Shown here piece after piece: positions 1 through 11,713 of a DNA stretch of 64,000 nucleotides. The stretch's first letter is position 1. Each line of letters opens with the position of its first letter. Source of the stretch: Amoebophrya sp. A120 (lineage: Eukaryota > Protista > Dinoflagellata); the NCBI GenBank assembly GCA_905178155.1, contig CAJINV010000001.1, forward strand, positions 9,321,865 through 9,385,864. The letters run 5' to 3'. The notes under the pieces are model-generated. The model was not told the origin of the DNA, ran no database searches, and saw only the letters and a list, made by a program, of their open reading frames with translations. A program made the translations under genes and the position numbers.

Positions 1-3000
1 AACCGCGCGATCCCGTTGACCATCGAGGCGCGCAACTTCACGAAGAAGAACGTGGACGTCACGATCGAGATCCACATCAAGCGCGGCGAGAAGCCGGACG
101 GTCTGTCTCTGGCGAACGCGAAGCAGCAAAACAAAAAATTGCAACTGAACGAGGCCGTTGCGCTGGCTTTGCCGCAATCCACCTACAGCGCGAAGCGGGA
201 AGCCGACGACCGCTTCGTGCCGCCGCTGCCGTCCCCGCTGACTGCCGGCGGGCAGGACATTTCGGCCGAGGCTGCGGTGAATCTGCAACTCGACCTTCCG
301 CCACAGCGGAGCCCATCGGGTAGTGCGTCCGTGTCGGCCGGGCGCGCGTCGCGGTCGAAATCCACTGCGGGGGGCGGTAGCAGCGTGGCCTCGTCTCCCG
401 TCTTCGGGGACCAGGATCGGAGCAGCAGCGGGACGGGAAGCAAGTCGCGGGCATCGAAGCAGCAACCGCGCTACTCGTCGATTGGACAGCTGGCGGTGAT
501 GCTGCGGAGCATGTCCGACGCAGAAGTGATGCATTCGATTATCCGAAACAAAGTGAAAGAGCCCCCTCCTGAAAGTTTCCTCTCCATCGGCGGCCGGTCT
601 TTCCACCGGAAATGGATACTGAAGTTGCTCCAGGCCGCCGCTGCCCAGCAACAGCAGCAGCACCACGGGAGTGAGGTACGTCGAGACCACGCATTTGGGC
701 GGTCGAAGGAGAGTACAGGAAATAGTGTGGCGGCTGATCCACATCTCGATGGCGCCGTCGCGCCCGCTGGTGCGGGGTCCGAAGACGGCTCGGTTTCCTT
801 GCGGACGAACGACAAAAATACTGGCGATCTGCTTGGAAATTCCCGCAGTACGGTGGATTCGAAAGCAGTGCGGCAGACTCAAGGCAGTTTGTCTTTCACC
901 AAGCAGTTTGGCTACATGCAGTTTCGTTGCGACTCCTACACTGTGACCCCAGCGCTCCCGCGGGGTTTAGAATTGGACGAGCAGACTGGCTGCATCTTTG
1001 GGGCGGCGAAAGAGCCCTTCAAGGACACCACGTTTGTCGTCAAGGGCTTCCACAAAGAGCTAAAACCCGATGGACAACCGGTTGCGGAAACCGCTCCGGG
1101 CGTTACGCTGTCCTGCGCGCAACCGGCGCCGCCAACAGACCTCGAGTACGAATCGGCGCGGGGGCATGAGAAGCCGACCTACTGGAAGTCTGCGACGACG
1201 TATCGGTTTCCGGCGCTCGTGGGGTCGTTCGTGGACACGGGGGCGCCGGTTATGAAATATCGGCTTCCGGACGTGCTGTACCGGCACCAGGTCCAACAAC
1301 GGCTCTTCGTTTCCGACACCGATTTTTATGCCGAGGCGATGCGTCGTCTCGACCAGGAGAGCGAGGAGAAGGAAAATCTCAGACAGCTAGCAAAAAGCGA
1401 GCGGCCTTCTCGCGCACGCACGCCGACCAACGCGGACACGCCCACTTCGCAATCACGCCCGCAGCTGGACTTCGAAGACTTTGTGTCGGGCGGGCCCGCG
1501 GCCGCAGTTCTGAACACGCCGCTGAAAGGCGGCGACAGCGCAATCGGTGCCCCGACGCCCGACAGCTTGATGCGGTTACGACGCTACCAGCGACCAAAAA
1601 TCCTGGGCATGGAGATGGACTTCTTCGATCCGCGTCTCTACCGCAACGCGTCCGGACTGGCGGACACGCAGCTCTTCGAGCAAACAGGGGCGCACTGTGT
1701 GGATGCCTCGGTGCTGCACGACGGCAGCTTCTTCAGCATTGACAAGGAGGCGGACCTGAATGCCCTTGGGCTCAGCTTCGACCACCGCACGGGGCGCATC
1801 GTCGGCTTCCTCGTCGCTTCTCCTGCGCTGTTGAGTCGAGTGGAGAGCGCAGCGGGCGCGGCGGGCAATCCGGCCGCAGCATCGGCCGGCGGTGCGGCCG
1901 CTGCGGCTGGTATGGTGGCGTTAACGTTCAAAGTGACCTTTCACGCGGGCGACGGCAACTACAAGGGAAACTTGGCAGAAAGCGGTATCTTCAGCGGTTC
2001 CACTGCAAGCAAGAGCATCAAAAACAGCTTTGGCGAGTGCGATTGCGAGGTGAAGTTGGAGCTGTACCCACGTCACGTGCCGCGCGTGCTGAACTACATC
2101 CGATTGGGCACTCACGTGATCGAGAAGGCCGCCACCGTGTCGCTGAGGCCCCACGAGGCAACTTTGCGTCGCGAAACCGAGAGAGCAGTGAGGCATGCCG
2201 GCCCCATCCGGCAACCCGCTCGCGAAGGATCAGGCGCTAGTGCGGACGACCCACCGGACGGCACTTGTTACGCGGCAGATCAAGGTGCATCACCCGACCT
2301 GTCTCTCGAGACGCCGATCGCGCCGGACGCGCACGTCGGAGCCGTAGAAGCGGATACGCTTTGTCCGCTGGATCCCGATTTCCAGATGATGATCGCAGCC
2401 GGCCGCGATCCCACAGCGGAAGGCGAGCGGGTGCCTCTGTCTGAAGGTGAAACCGCGGACGGTGGCGCAACGACCAGTTCACCGACCGACTCGCTTGCTA
2501 CCGAAGCCACATCCGTGGCGACGGGAACGACCGCGACTGGCCGCAAATCCGCGTCGGCCATGAAGGAAATGCGGCAGGCCAGCCTCACCGGCGGACGGCC
2601 CGTGGTACCAGAGTCCGCCCGAGGATCGGGGGGTCAGGACACAATCGTGGAGACCGCGGCCGCACGTGCTCTCTTGTGGCAAGACCCGCACATCGACGTC
2701 GTGACTCTTCCCGACAGCAGCAAAAAGGGCGACGTGACCTTCAACTTCCGCATTGGGCACCCGGTCAAGCTCTGGCCGCCAGACACGAAGCTGAGCAGCT
2801 TCCACGCCAGCTCGGCGTCGTCCACCACGAGTTCCGCGCTTTTGACCTACTCATTGCAGCCGTCAAACCTCCCTGCGGGGCTGGTTTTTAGCCAACAAAA
2901 CGGCTCGATTCTCGGCGTCGCGAAGTCCAGCGTTGCTGCGCGCAAGTACACGGTAACGGTCAATAACCGGTGGGGACAGGCGAGCTACAGTTTCGTTCTC

Positions 3001-6000
3001 AACATCCCGAAGGGGTCTGCGCCGCCGGCGTTCGTGTACCGCACAAAAGTTTTTTCTGCGTTTTTCAACGCGCCGCGATTTCAGTTCACGCTCGGCTCTA
3101 TCAACAACACCGGCACGGCTATCTTTCAGCAGCCCTACGACACATCCGGGTCCGGGGAGATCCGGTTTCGGCTCGGTGGCGACGAGAAGACCGGCAACTA
3201 CCTGCCGAGTCAAACGACAGCATCGCTATCCTCTAACAGTAGCATCCTCGCGCCGGGTCTGTTTTTCGACCCCTACACGGGCTCGATTGGCGGACACCTC
3301 GGGTTTGCGGAGCCGCGCAACCATTGGAAGTCAAAAACGTCGCTGACCATCATCGCGTCCAACCGGTTCGGCGAGTCTCAGTGCGCGGTGGAATTCGAAA
3401 TTGTGGGTCGCAGCCCCTTTGCGAAGGTGTGTTTCCGCGAGGAGGACAAGGAGCGCCTCGCCTCCGGCCAGTTTTCGGTCGGCAGCCGACTGCTGGTGTC
3501 CGAACCGCGCATCTTTAACACCGAGCGCGAAGCCACCGAGGGGTCGCGGTACTTCTTCTACAATATTACGGAGAACAAGAAACCTACGCTCCACGACCGC
3601 TCCCGGAGTAAGGAAATGCGCATGCTGCAGCCCTTCGTCACGTCTCAGCTCACGGAGCCGGGCTACCCGGAGTATCTGGACTTCGACAATGCCGAATACA
3701 ATCTGTTCCACGACACGTCGCTGCGCCCGCGGTTCGAGCTGCAAGGTAGTCTCCCGGAGGGTGTGTCCTTCGACCGATTCTACGGATTGATCTACGGCGT
3801 CCCCCGCCGGCAGTTCAAAAAGCAGACGGTCACGCTGGTTTGCAGCACGCTGTGGGGCAAGGCGACTGCGAAGGAGAGTTTCGCGATTTACGTGCCGCAG
3901 CCGGAGCCGCCGACCAGTATCGCCTACCCGAGCATCACGCGGCTTTCGCCCATCTGGCGCGTGCCGGTCATGCAGTTCATTTGCGGTCAATTGGCGGAGA
4001 CAGGCGCCGCGAAGGTGGAGCCAAACGTGGCCAACCCGAGCGGCCCGGCAGTGCTGGAATTCCAACTGATCGACAAGGGCGCCTCGCTGCCAAAGGGGCT
4101 GAACTTCAACCCGGTGACCGGGGCGATCGGTGGGATCGTGCCGCAAATCGCGGACAGGAGGGAAGAGACGCTCGCGTTTTCGATTTTGGCGCAGAACGAG
4201 ATGGGACAGTGCTCCACCGACATCGAGATCGAGATTCTGCCGCACCGCGCGGTGTCCTACAAACTTATCGACCGGGAAATCACCACGCTGCTGCGCCAAT
4301 TGAAGAGTCACTTAGAGCAGTTGCTGTCGGTTTTGCCCAGGAGCAGCGCGACTGCGGCCTCCGGAGTTGCAGTGGTAGCGGTGTCATCTCCTGCGGTCGC
4401 TAAAACGGACGACCGACCTGCCGGACGGGCAAGCGCGAGTCTGATGCCGACGGGGCCAACGCATTCGGCCGGCGCGCTGCCGAACCCGGCGCTCATCATG
4501 CTGGAGCAGCTGATCGGGGAGGTGGAGCGATTGGAGCAGCGCACCATCAACATGCAGTCCGCTGCGTGGCCGCACAACTGCGCAAACATGATAGAGGCGT
4601 TGCAGAAGAAACAGGCCCCGAAAATTCACATGACCACGCCCACGGCCATTTCCGTCACGACGTCTAGTAACATTTGCCCCTTCGACTTGATTGGCTTGCT
4701 TTACGAATCCCACTATTGGCTGGAGAACCTGTGGGAAACCAAGATGCTGCCCGTTTGGAGCGAAATCAACGAGGCGCTCGCGAAGGCCAACGCATCGGTC
4801 GCCCGCGCCGACGGGTCCGAGGGCCAGGCGAACTTCCAAGAAGTAGGAACCCTGCCGAGCGGGTTGCAGAAAGTGATTTCCGAGCTGGGCACGCAGCGCC
4901 AGAAGTGGCACGACAAGTTTCAGATGGAGCTGGAGGAACTGTTACCGCAAAGTCGGAAGATCTTGTTGCAAGATTTGGACGTGTACGCAAAACACTACCT
5001 CGGGGTCGCGCTCGCCAAAGCCAACGTCACCGCGGGCGGCGCGGCGCTAGATCCACCTTCGTCGAAAGAGAAGGTCCCGCGTCTGAACGTGCAGCGCTAC
5101 GTGCAGTTGCTGAAAGACCACGAGGAGCTGCGGGTCAAGGCGGAACAGCAGGTCCGACACACGAAACTGCGTCTGGAGTCCACGCGGTCGCTGCTGGAAA
5201 GCGGGAACGACCAGAGCAAGCTGCGCACGTTCCACGAGGTCGGGGCCGTGGACAAAATCACGTCGATGGGCATGGCGCTACTCGCGATGTCCGTCTGCCC
5301 ACTACCCGGTGCGATGGAAGTGTGGTTGGTCTCGAGTGTCGTGATGCTGGCGGAGACCGACCACGCGGGCCGCCACGTGGTCGTCGAGCACCCGCGGACG
5401 GAACCGTTGGCGAAGATCTTCCAGCGCTTCAACACGCATCCCTCGCTGAAAGCGTACGACGAATTCATTCTGGATTGGGAGCCCAGCTTTCAGGACGAGG
5501 ATCGCGAGGAGAAGAGCGCTAGTAGTTCTCTAGTAACCAGTTCTGGTGGTGCTGCACCATCTAGCGCCGGGCCCGCTTCTAGCAAGGAAATCGTGCCAGT
5601 TCGACCTCCACCCGCGGGAGGAGCGCCGGGCGTCCGCGAGACCTGCTGTTTGATCCACAACGCGACGAGCAAAAGTCTGGTGGTCTCTTTGCTCACCGCC
5701 GAGGAAGCGGAGAAGGCGTCGGGGCTGATGCAGAAGGCGCTGCGCCGGCACCCGGTTGGCAACTTTCTGGACAAAAACATGAAGCGCAAGGAGAAAGCGC
5801 GCGAGCATTTTGTGCTCGTGGCCGCGGGAGATATGGTCAAAGTCCCGCTCGAGCCGGAGCCAGAGGACAGCAGCGAGGACGACGATTTTTTGTCGGTAAA
5901 ACGCAAGCCAGAAGTTGTGGTGTCCGCTGACAAGTCCAAGACCGCGGTCGGCGGGGGCCCCGCCGCCGAGATTTCGCGCTACGTCCGCGGGTTTTTCCAC

Positions 6001-6408
6001 TATGGGACCACGTTCGAGAACAAGGGGAAAGCCATCGGCGACGCAGCGCTCGAGCCGGGTCAGGTGATTTCGTTTGTGTGCGTGGAATCGACGGTGCAGG
6101 TGGTGTACCGGACCATCGAGGACCAAAAGATCGCGAACCACCTGGAGATCAAAAACGAGTGCTTTGAGCACTGCAGCGTGAAGGTGACGCAGGACAGCTC
6201 GAAGTTCCTGCTGGAAACGGGCCTGGATCCGGGCTCCTCGGTCTCCTTTCAGGGCAGAAATCCGGTCAGCCGGAAGGTTTTCCAGAAAACCGTCAACTTC
6301 GACGCCAGCTACCACGTTCTAGTCAAACGTGGTGGACAGGACGGGAAATCCGTCGAAGCCGAGCTCTCGGACGGCCAAACGCTCCGCATCGAGGGCATTG
6401 ACCTCTGA
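1..6408 (+). CDS. Giant (>2130 aa, 5'-truncated) putative-Ig (He_PIG-like) repeat protein with C-terminal coiled coil
   Basis: Frame is open from base 1. Six LPxGLxFdxxTGxIxG motifs (LPRGLELDEQTGCIFG, LGLSFDHRTGRIVG, LPAGLVFSQQNGSILG, LAPGLFFDPYTGSIGG, LPEGVSFDRFYGLIYG, LPKGLNFNPVTGAIGG), several followed by TV/IxAxNxxG strands. GC-rich third codon positions. Confidence 0.8.
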   Translation, partial: NRAIPLTIEARNFTKKNVDVTIEIHIKRGEKPDGLSLANAKQQNKKLQLNEAVALALPQSTYSAKREADDRFVPPLPSPLTAGGQDISAEAAVNLQLDLPPQRSPSGSASVSAGRASRSKSTAGGGSSVASSPVFGDQDRSSSGTGSKSRASKQQPRYSSIGQLAVMLRSMSDAEVMHSIIRNKVKEPPPESFLSIGGRSFHRKWILKLLQAAAAQQQQQHHGSEVRRDHAFGRSKESTGNSVAADPHLDGAVAPAGAGSEDGSVSLRTNDKNTGDLLGNSRSTVDSKAVRQTQGSLSFTKQFGYMQFRCDSYTVTPALPRGLELDEQTGCIFGAAKEPFKDTTFVVKGFHKELKPDGQPVAETAPGVTLSCAQPAPPTDLEYESARGHEKPTYWKSATTYRFPALVGSFVDTGAPVMKYRLPDVLYRHQVQQRLFVSDTDFYAEAMRRLDQESEEKENLRQLAKSERPSRARTPTNADTPTSQSRPQLDFEDFVSGGPAAAVLNTPLKGGDSAIGAPTPDSLMRLRRYQRPKILGMEMDFFDPRLYRNASGLADTQLFEQTGAHCVDASVLHDGSFFSIDKEADLNALGLSFDHRTGRIVGFLVASPALLSRVESAAGAAGNPAAASAGGAAAAAGMVALTFKVTFHAGDGNYKGNLAESGIFSGSTASKSIKNSFGECDCEVKLELYPRHVPRVLNYIRLGTHVIEKAATVSLRPHEATLRRETERAVRHAGPIRQPAREGSGASADDPPDGTCYAADQGASPDLSLETPIAPDAHVGAVEADTLCPLDPDFQMMIAAGRDPTAEGERVPLSEGETADGGATTSSPTDSLATEATSVATGTTATGRKSASAMKEMRQASLTGGRPVVPESARGSGGQDTIVETAAARALLWQDPHIDVVTLPDSSKKGDVTFNFRIGHPVKLWPPDTKLSSFHASSASSTTSSALLTYSLQPSNLPAGLVFSQQNGSILGVAKSSVAARKYTVTVNNRWGQASYSFVLNIPKGSAPPAFVYRTKVFSAFFNAPRFQFTLGSINNTGTAIFQQPYDTSGSGEIRFRLGGDEKTGNYLPSQTTASLSSNSSILAPGLFFDPYTGSIGGHLGFAEPRNHWKSKTSLTIIASNRFGESQCAVEFEIVGRSPFAKVCFREEDKERLASGQFSVGSRLLVSEPRIFNTEREATEGSRYFFYNITENKKPTLHDRSRSKEMRMLQPFVTSQLTEPGYPEYLDFDNAEYNLFHDTSLRPRFELQGSLPEGVSFDRFYGLIYGVPRRQFKKQTVTLVCSTLWGKATAKESFAIYVPQPEPPTSIAYPSITRLSPIWRVPVMQFICGQLAETGAAKVEPNVANPSGPAVLEFQLIDKGASLPKGLNFNPVTGAIGGIVPQIADRREETLAFSILAQNEMGQCSTDIEIEILPHRAVSYKLIDREITTLLRQLKSHLEQLLSVLPRSSATAASGVAVVAVSSPAVAKTDDRPAGRASASLMPTGPTHSAGALPNPALIMLEQLIGEVERLEQRTINMQSAAWPHNCANMIEALQKKQAPKIHMTTPTAISVTTSSNICPFDLIGLLYESHYWLENLWETKMLPVWSEINEALAKANASVARADGSEGQANFQEVGTLPSGLQKVISELGTQRQKWHDKFQMELEELLPQSRKILLQDLDVYAKHYLGVALAKANVTAGGAALDPPSSKEKVPRLNVQRYVQLLKDHEELRVKAEQQVRHTKLRLESTRSLLESGNDQSKLRTFHEVGAVDKITSMGMALLAMSVCPLPGAMEVWLVSSVVMLAETDHAGRHVVVEHPRTEPLAKIFQRFNTHPSLKAYDEFILDWEPSFQDEDREEKSASSSLVTSSGGAAPSSAGPASSKEIVPVRPPPAGGAPGVRETCCLIHNATSKSLVVSLLTAEEAEKASGLMQKALRRHPVGNFLDKNMKRKEKAREHFVLVAAGDMVKVPLEPEPEDSSEDDDFLSVKRKPEVVVSADKSKTAVGGGPAAEISRYVRGFFHYGTTFENKGKAIGDAALEPGQVISFVCVESTVQVVYRTIEDQKIANHLEIKNECFEHCSVKVTQDSSKFLLETGLDPGSSVSFQGRNPVSRKVFQKTVNFDASYHVLVKRGGQDGKSVEAELSDGQTLRIEGIDL

Positions 6409-6681
6409 TTGAAGAGCAACAACTGCGACCTGAAGAACTCTAATACTTTCCATCAGACGACAATTCTAAGATTTGTTTTCGAAGAAACTTTTCATGTGCT
6501 AACGCTGGTAGCTACTCGGTTCAAACAGAAACATCAACAACTGAAGCGAATCAAAAACCACATCCAAAATGGATTTTTCCCGACATGTTCGAGCCTAGCG
6601 CTAAGCTTTACGTTTATTTGTCCTTGAACTGGCAATACAGGCTCGCCATATCAGTTTGGGGTGCTTTCAGGGGGAAGAAGC

Positions 6682-7465
6682 CATTGACTGAATGGTGCTC
6701 CAAAGTGTTCGAATTTCACGAGCGCCCTAGAGCCTTTTTTCAGAGGGAGGAAAGTTTACTTGAGTTGTGTGCGACCGAGGGAAGGTTTTTCCTGTATGTA
6801 TTTTGGCTGTTGTAATGACAGTGTGGACGGCATGCGAATGCCCCGAAATGCCCTGATTGGTTGAGCGTAAAGTTCAATTCAGTGCCGCCTCGTCGAGGCA
6901 CGCTTGCTTCGGCTTGCTCGACCGGCCGTTACAATCAGACGATGCCATCGGAAAGGCCGTTGCGGTTGTTCCAAACCGTTGCTTGTCCTTGCACTTGGTT
7001 CATGCAGGGCCGCGTCTGTTACTCTTTCGTGCTTTCCGTTACCACTTTTGCAAGCCGGCACCATCAGTTACCTGTTTGAGGAGCACAAGGAAACGGGTGG
7101 TCATTACCGATTTTTGTTGCCGGTGAAAACGACAACATTATGAGCACGTCACTGAGCCCTTCACCACGGAAGAAATTGCCTCCGCTGTTGCTGGCACAAA
7201 CACCGACGCCGGCTCGAGGAGGTCGGGGTGCGTTGTCGGGCGCAGGAGTGCTAAAGCACCTCGCGCCTGCCGAAAGTAAAAATGACGACGGAGCTCCCCA
7301 GGTAACCGAGGAACGCGTCACGTCCCCCGCGTACAAGAAGCGTATTGCTCTACGAAGTGCAAGCGGTTCTGTAAGCGCAGCGCCTGCACGGTGTTGTGGT
7401 CGCCGACAAGTGGCCAAGTACTTTGTCGGTGCAAGACACAGTTTTGTGAAGGACAAGAGCATCAT
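6682..7465 (-). CDS. Possible small minus-strand gene with mitochondrial-transit-like N-terminus
   Basis: ORF 7064-7465 begins Arg/Leu/Ser-rich and acid-poor (MMLLSFTKLCLAPTKYLATCRR...ARCFST). A direct repeat TGAGC at 6862-6866/7141-7145 would splice to ...SDVLNQSGHFGAFA. 3' end unresolved. Confidence 0.25.
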
Positions 7466-8432
7466 GAAGATTTCATGTAGAATATTTTGCGGTTGTTCTA
7501 GAATTCGAAATTTTAACTTTTGCGTCTTCCTCCTCGCTCATTTCGTACAAGTTGGAAATCTTCCTGGCTCCAAGTCTTCAATCAATGTATCCAAAATCCT
7601 CAAGACATTTTGCTGTGTGCAACATGAAACTGAGCACACAAGACGCACATCATACGCCGTTGCAGTTCCAAGAATGATGAAAACGACACTCCATGATGGA
7701 CAATTGCAATAAAGCAACATTATCTACAACGCCACGGCAATGTGGATGTGGTTAGAACTCACAAGAAGAGCTTTTTCCTACATAAAACTGACGTTGTTCA
7801 CATGAAGAATTTTGCGTCATTTGTTCGCGAGCTTCCTCGCGTGGAGGATTCAGGCGCGTCAGGAGGTTGAGCGATGACGCCGTTCAGCGCCTGGCGGTCT
7901 CTTGAGTCTCTTGCAGCTGAGCCAGCCGAATCAAGACAGATGAAATGGAGTGCGCCACGTTTCAAGTCTGGAATTCCGAAGCAAGATCTAGACACCTAAA
8001 TCTTGAGAAGTGACGTCTCGGTGGATCTGGGTGTCAGAAAAATAGCAGTAACTACATTGTGGAAGATCATGGTCCTAGGCTCACTTCCATGGTTTTGGAA
8101 ATATCCACGACGATCATAGCACGGCACGTAGATCGATCCGACACGCAAAACGGTCCTTAGTTTTCAATATAAAGATGTTGAGCGACATGGAAAAGGATCA
8201 ATCCGCTTTCAGATCTGAGGCTGTCTACTACATAGTAGTTCGTTATGTTGATATCTGAAAAAAAGATTGCCTGGATACAGCTTAGGGTAAAGTTATCACA
8301 GAATCGGCAAATTATAACAGGACACAAGGATAAGAAAGGAAAGAATAAACAAGGGCAAAGTATTAAGAGTACATTTCGAAAAAAAAGCGAAGTACAACAA
8401 GAGTTTAGCTTTACCATTTTTATTTCACAAAA

Positions 8433-10865
8433 ATGTCGACCTCTCCTGCGGCGAGCACCTCTGGTGCTGCTTGGAAAACTGTGCAGCTGAAGTTGTCACA
8501 GCATGGCGGAACGACTGCTACCACCCCATCCTGGTTCTGGACGTTTCAGCTCGGATCGCGCAGCTGGCAGGAAGTGTATCAAGAGCAATTGCGAAGAAGT
8601 GTCAATAGCCAAGAAGCGGCAACAGCAAGAACTGCAACTACAACGGCGACCGACAGGACGGGTGTTGATTCGGCAGCGGCTGCAACGGAAAAAAAATTGA
8701 TCGCCACAGCAGGCGCATCGACGGCAACAAAAACTTCTACATCGAGCTCTGCTACAAGGGACGAGACGACCACCAGCACCATCGATACGAAGCTGCACCA
8801 GGACTCGGTTCTCCAGTTTTGGGTCGACGCGTGCAAACGGGAGCTTCCGCAGGAACTCGGAGAGCACGCAGAGTTGATGGACGAGGCAGGCTGGGTGGTC
8901 GGGTTCAGCGGCGACTTCCTGTTCGTGCTCGGCAAGCTAAGCCTGGAGGACCCCCGGCTGGTGGTGCTGCAATTTAAGAGGATCGAGAGGGAGAAAGGGA
9001 TCACGATTCAGGACCTCCTGGCCGTGTTTCTCGGTGCCATATTCGACCCGTTCCACAGCACGAACAGCTCCGCCGGGCCGCGCCGCCCCTTCGAGGTGGT
9101 TCTGGAGTTCTTTCCAGAGGCCGAAGTAGAAGATTCGGGAACAAACAAGAAACCGTCGGACACGGACCTGATCGAGTTCCACCGCATCCTGGCCGACAAG
9201 CTGCGCATCTCTCGGGTGCGGTATGAGGGATACAAGCCGGCCAACGCGCGTGGCAAGTACGAGGAGGTTCCGGTCAAGAACTGGTGCGCGAACTGGTTTC
9301 GCATCGAGATGCGCTTGCCGCTCCTCTTGGAAGGCGAGGACGGTGCGTTTTTTCGGGAAATCGTCGAGAAAGAGCGATGGAAGCCGGAGCCGAATAAAGA
9401 GACGCCGACGCAAACCTTCGCCTTTCGTCAACTGTTCGGGGGGAAGCTGCTGCCCAAATTGCAGAAGGCACTGGTCACGAAGATGAAGCAGACTGACGAG
9501 GATCATGATGATGAAAGTGAAGGAGTAGAAGTAGATGTTGAAAGCGAAGAGACCCGGGCGACGGTTCGGACTCACTTGAAGCAGGCAGAATCTTACTTGC
9601 AGACGGTGAAGAATTTCCAGGACGCCAAATCCGCCGTATTGAAGGAGGCCGCCCATCTGAAGAAGCGGGAGAACGTGTACTGGTCGGTGGCTGTCGACCT
9701 CAACGGCGGGCTGCAGCCTACCCTGGTGATTCGTGGCTGCAGCGAGGGCGGGAAGGTGGAGATGAGCAACGAGGTTTTGATATCCTGAGTAAAAACGTAC
9801 CCACACCAGAGTTGTAATGCAAATCTACATGCTGAAAATGTTTCTCATGCGGAGCTCCATGAGAAGCATTTTCTAGTCGTGTTTTGCAATTTGTCATGCT
9901 CCAATCAGCATGGTGCGCTAGATCTGTGATGCTGCTGAGCTAGCTCAAACAGCACTACACTACGAATCCAAATTTGTCATGCAAAACAGCCAAAACTTGT
10001 GGATTTGTCTAGCCGATTCCCCATCTTGACTCTGGTGTGGGTACGTTTTTACTCAGGATATTTGACCAAGCACCCCATCCGGTTGTTTTGGAACGCCGCG
10101 TACCAAATGCAAAAATGTCTGGGTCTGGAAAGATGCAAGGTTTGTCATGCACATTTTGCGTGACTCCTGATGTCTGCGATGCATGCCCTAGCATCACAGA
10201 TCTTGTGAGGGCTTTCTGATGCCTATACCGCATGAGAAATGCCGTCTCGCCGTGGCCAAAACGAGACCTATTTTGCTGTTCATGCAATACAGATTTTTGG
10301 ATAATGCAGACGCAGCATCACAAGTTGCATTGTTCCAGACCCAGACATTTTTACATTTCATACCGCGGTGCCCCCACCGGAGGCGCTCAGTGACCCGGCG
10401 CTCAGTCGCAACGCTATTTTTGGCCATCCCGCGGTGGAAGAGGTCACGCACAGTCTCTGCCAGACCATGCGGGTGTGCGGTTACCGCCCCTCCTCCGTGG
10501 TGCTCGCCCAGCCGAGCGTGTGCGGGCTGGAGCGGCGCCGCTGCTACGAGCCGTTCTTCCGAACGATCGACGTCACTTGCATTCTAGGGAAGAAAAACTA
10601 CTTTGAGCACGAACTTGGCCGGATTGCCGCAGCGCGGGATGAAAAAGAGGACAACGGCAGGGGGACCTCCAAGTTGTCCAGCAAAAGAACTACACTTTGG
10701 GAGATCGACGGGCAAAGTCTCGTCTGGAATATGGTGAGTGTGCTCGGGGACGATGCGCCAAAGGAAAAAAAACGCGAACTTCTGGAAAAATGCAGCGGAG
10801 CGCTCTATTCGGATGGGGTGCACGCAGAAACTACTTGCAGTCCACCAGTCCTCGGAGGGGCCTGA
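8433..10865 (+). CDS. Hypothetical protein, 3 exons (8433-9780, 10066-10100, 10368-10865)
   Basis: ORFs 8433 and 10368 join in frame through a 35-nt exon (…NEVLTKHPIRLFWNAAVPPPEAL…) once two TIR elements are removed. Confidence 0.75.
9781..10060. mobile_element. TIR introner-like element E1
   Basis: Perfect 32-bp TIR TATCCTGAGTAAAAACGTACCCACACCAGAGT (9781-9812 / 10029-10060). 5-bp TSD TTTGA (9776-9780, 10061-10065). Confidence 0.93.
10101..10362. mobile_element. TIR introner-like element E2 (family A)
   Basis: TIR core AAATGCAAAAATGTCTGGGTCTGGAA (10105-10130) vs 10333-10358, 1 mismatch. TA...TA ends. TSD CCGCG (10096-10100, 10363-10367). Confidence 0.92.
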
Positions 10866-11713
10866 GCAGCGCAAGTCAAGGACCCGTAGAACCAATGTGC
10901 ACGAGCGTAATATCGCAAGCACTTACTAAGATTTATTTCCTCTAGTCCAAGCGCAAACGGTAGATTTTATTTCATGAACACATCGAGTCAGAGTCGCAGA
11001 ATCGTCCATACTGTCGTAGTCCTACAGCGAAAGAATTAGTTCAGGATAGTACTCTATTCGACCGGAACTGCAGCTGAACCCAACCCAAGCCCGACGCTGA
11101 GGTTAGTATATTGATTCGAGGATCAGTACTACTGCTAGGCGCCTTGTGGTTTTGAGAAGCTGCAACGCGTGTGGGAGGTTGGTAGGAGAACGCTTCTGGT
11201 TGTTCTGATTCATTGCCGCGAGCGGTACTAGAGCTGAGTTGGGAGTCTGAATTCTGAATGAAGCTCATCTAGTTGCGAAAGAAGTATGGATGAATGTTCT
11301 GCGCATTTTGTTTTTGTGGTCCCCTATATGGTTCATCCACGTTCATCGGAGGTTCTCGCTCGTCCTCGTGACAAAGAGATGAAAGAGTTCAGAAACAAAA
11401 TCTCGCTTCAAAGTGGTGAGCTGTCGAAGTTTTTTCCCAGGAAGATGACCTTGGAGTTGCAGTCTACGCAAAGATGCAAGTCGTAGTTCTTTTCGATTCC
11501 TTTTTTTCCCCAATTTTTTAGGCCGATACTTTGACGAAGTAGCAGAAAAATGATCAAAACAATATAATTAACGATGACTTGAATGAAAGCGTCGCAACCA
11601 CCAGTATCCATCTACGATATCATTGTCGTCCGCTGTCGATAAAACCGTGAACGACTCCACGAAAAAGAAACAAACGACAGCGAGTTGCAGTCCAGGATTA
11701 CCAAAAAGCAAAA

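Noticed and set aside
3331-6315. Long antisense and alternative-frame ORFs over the giant gene
   Set aside because: Shadow ORFs expected from GC-rich codon usage.
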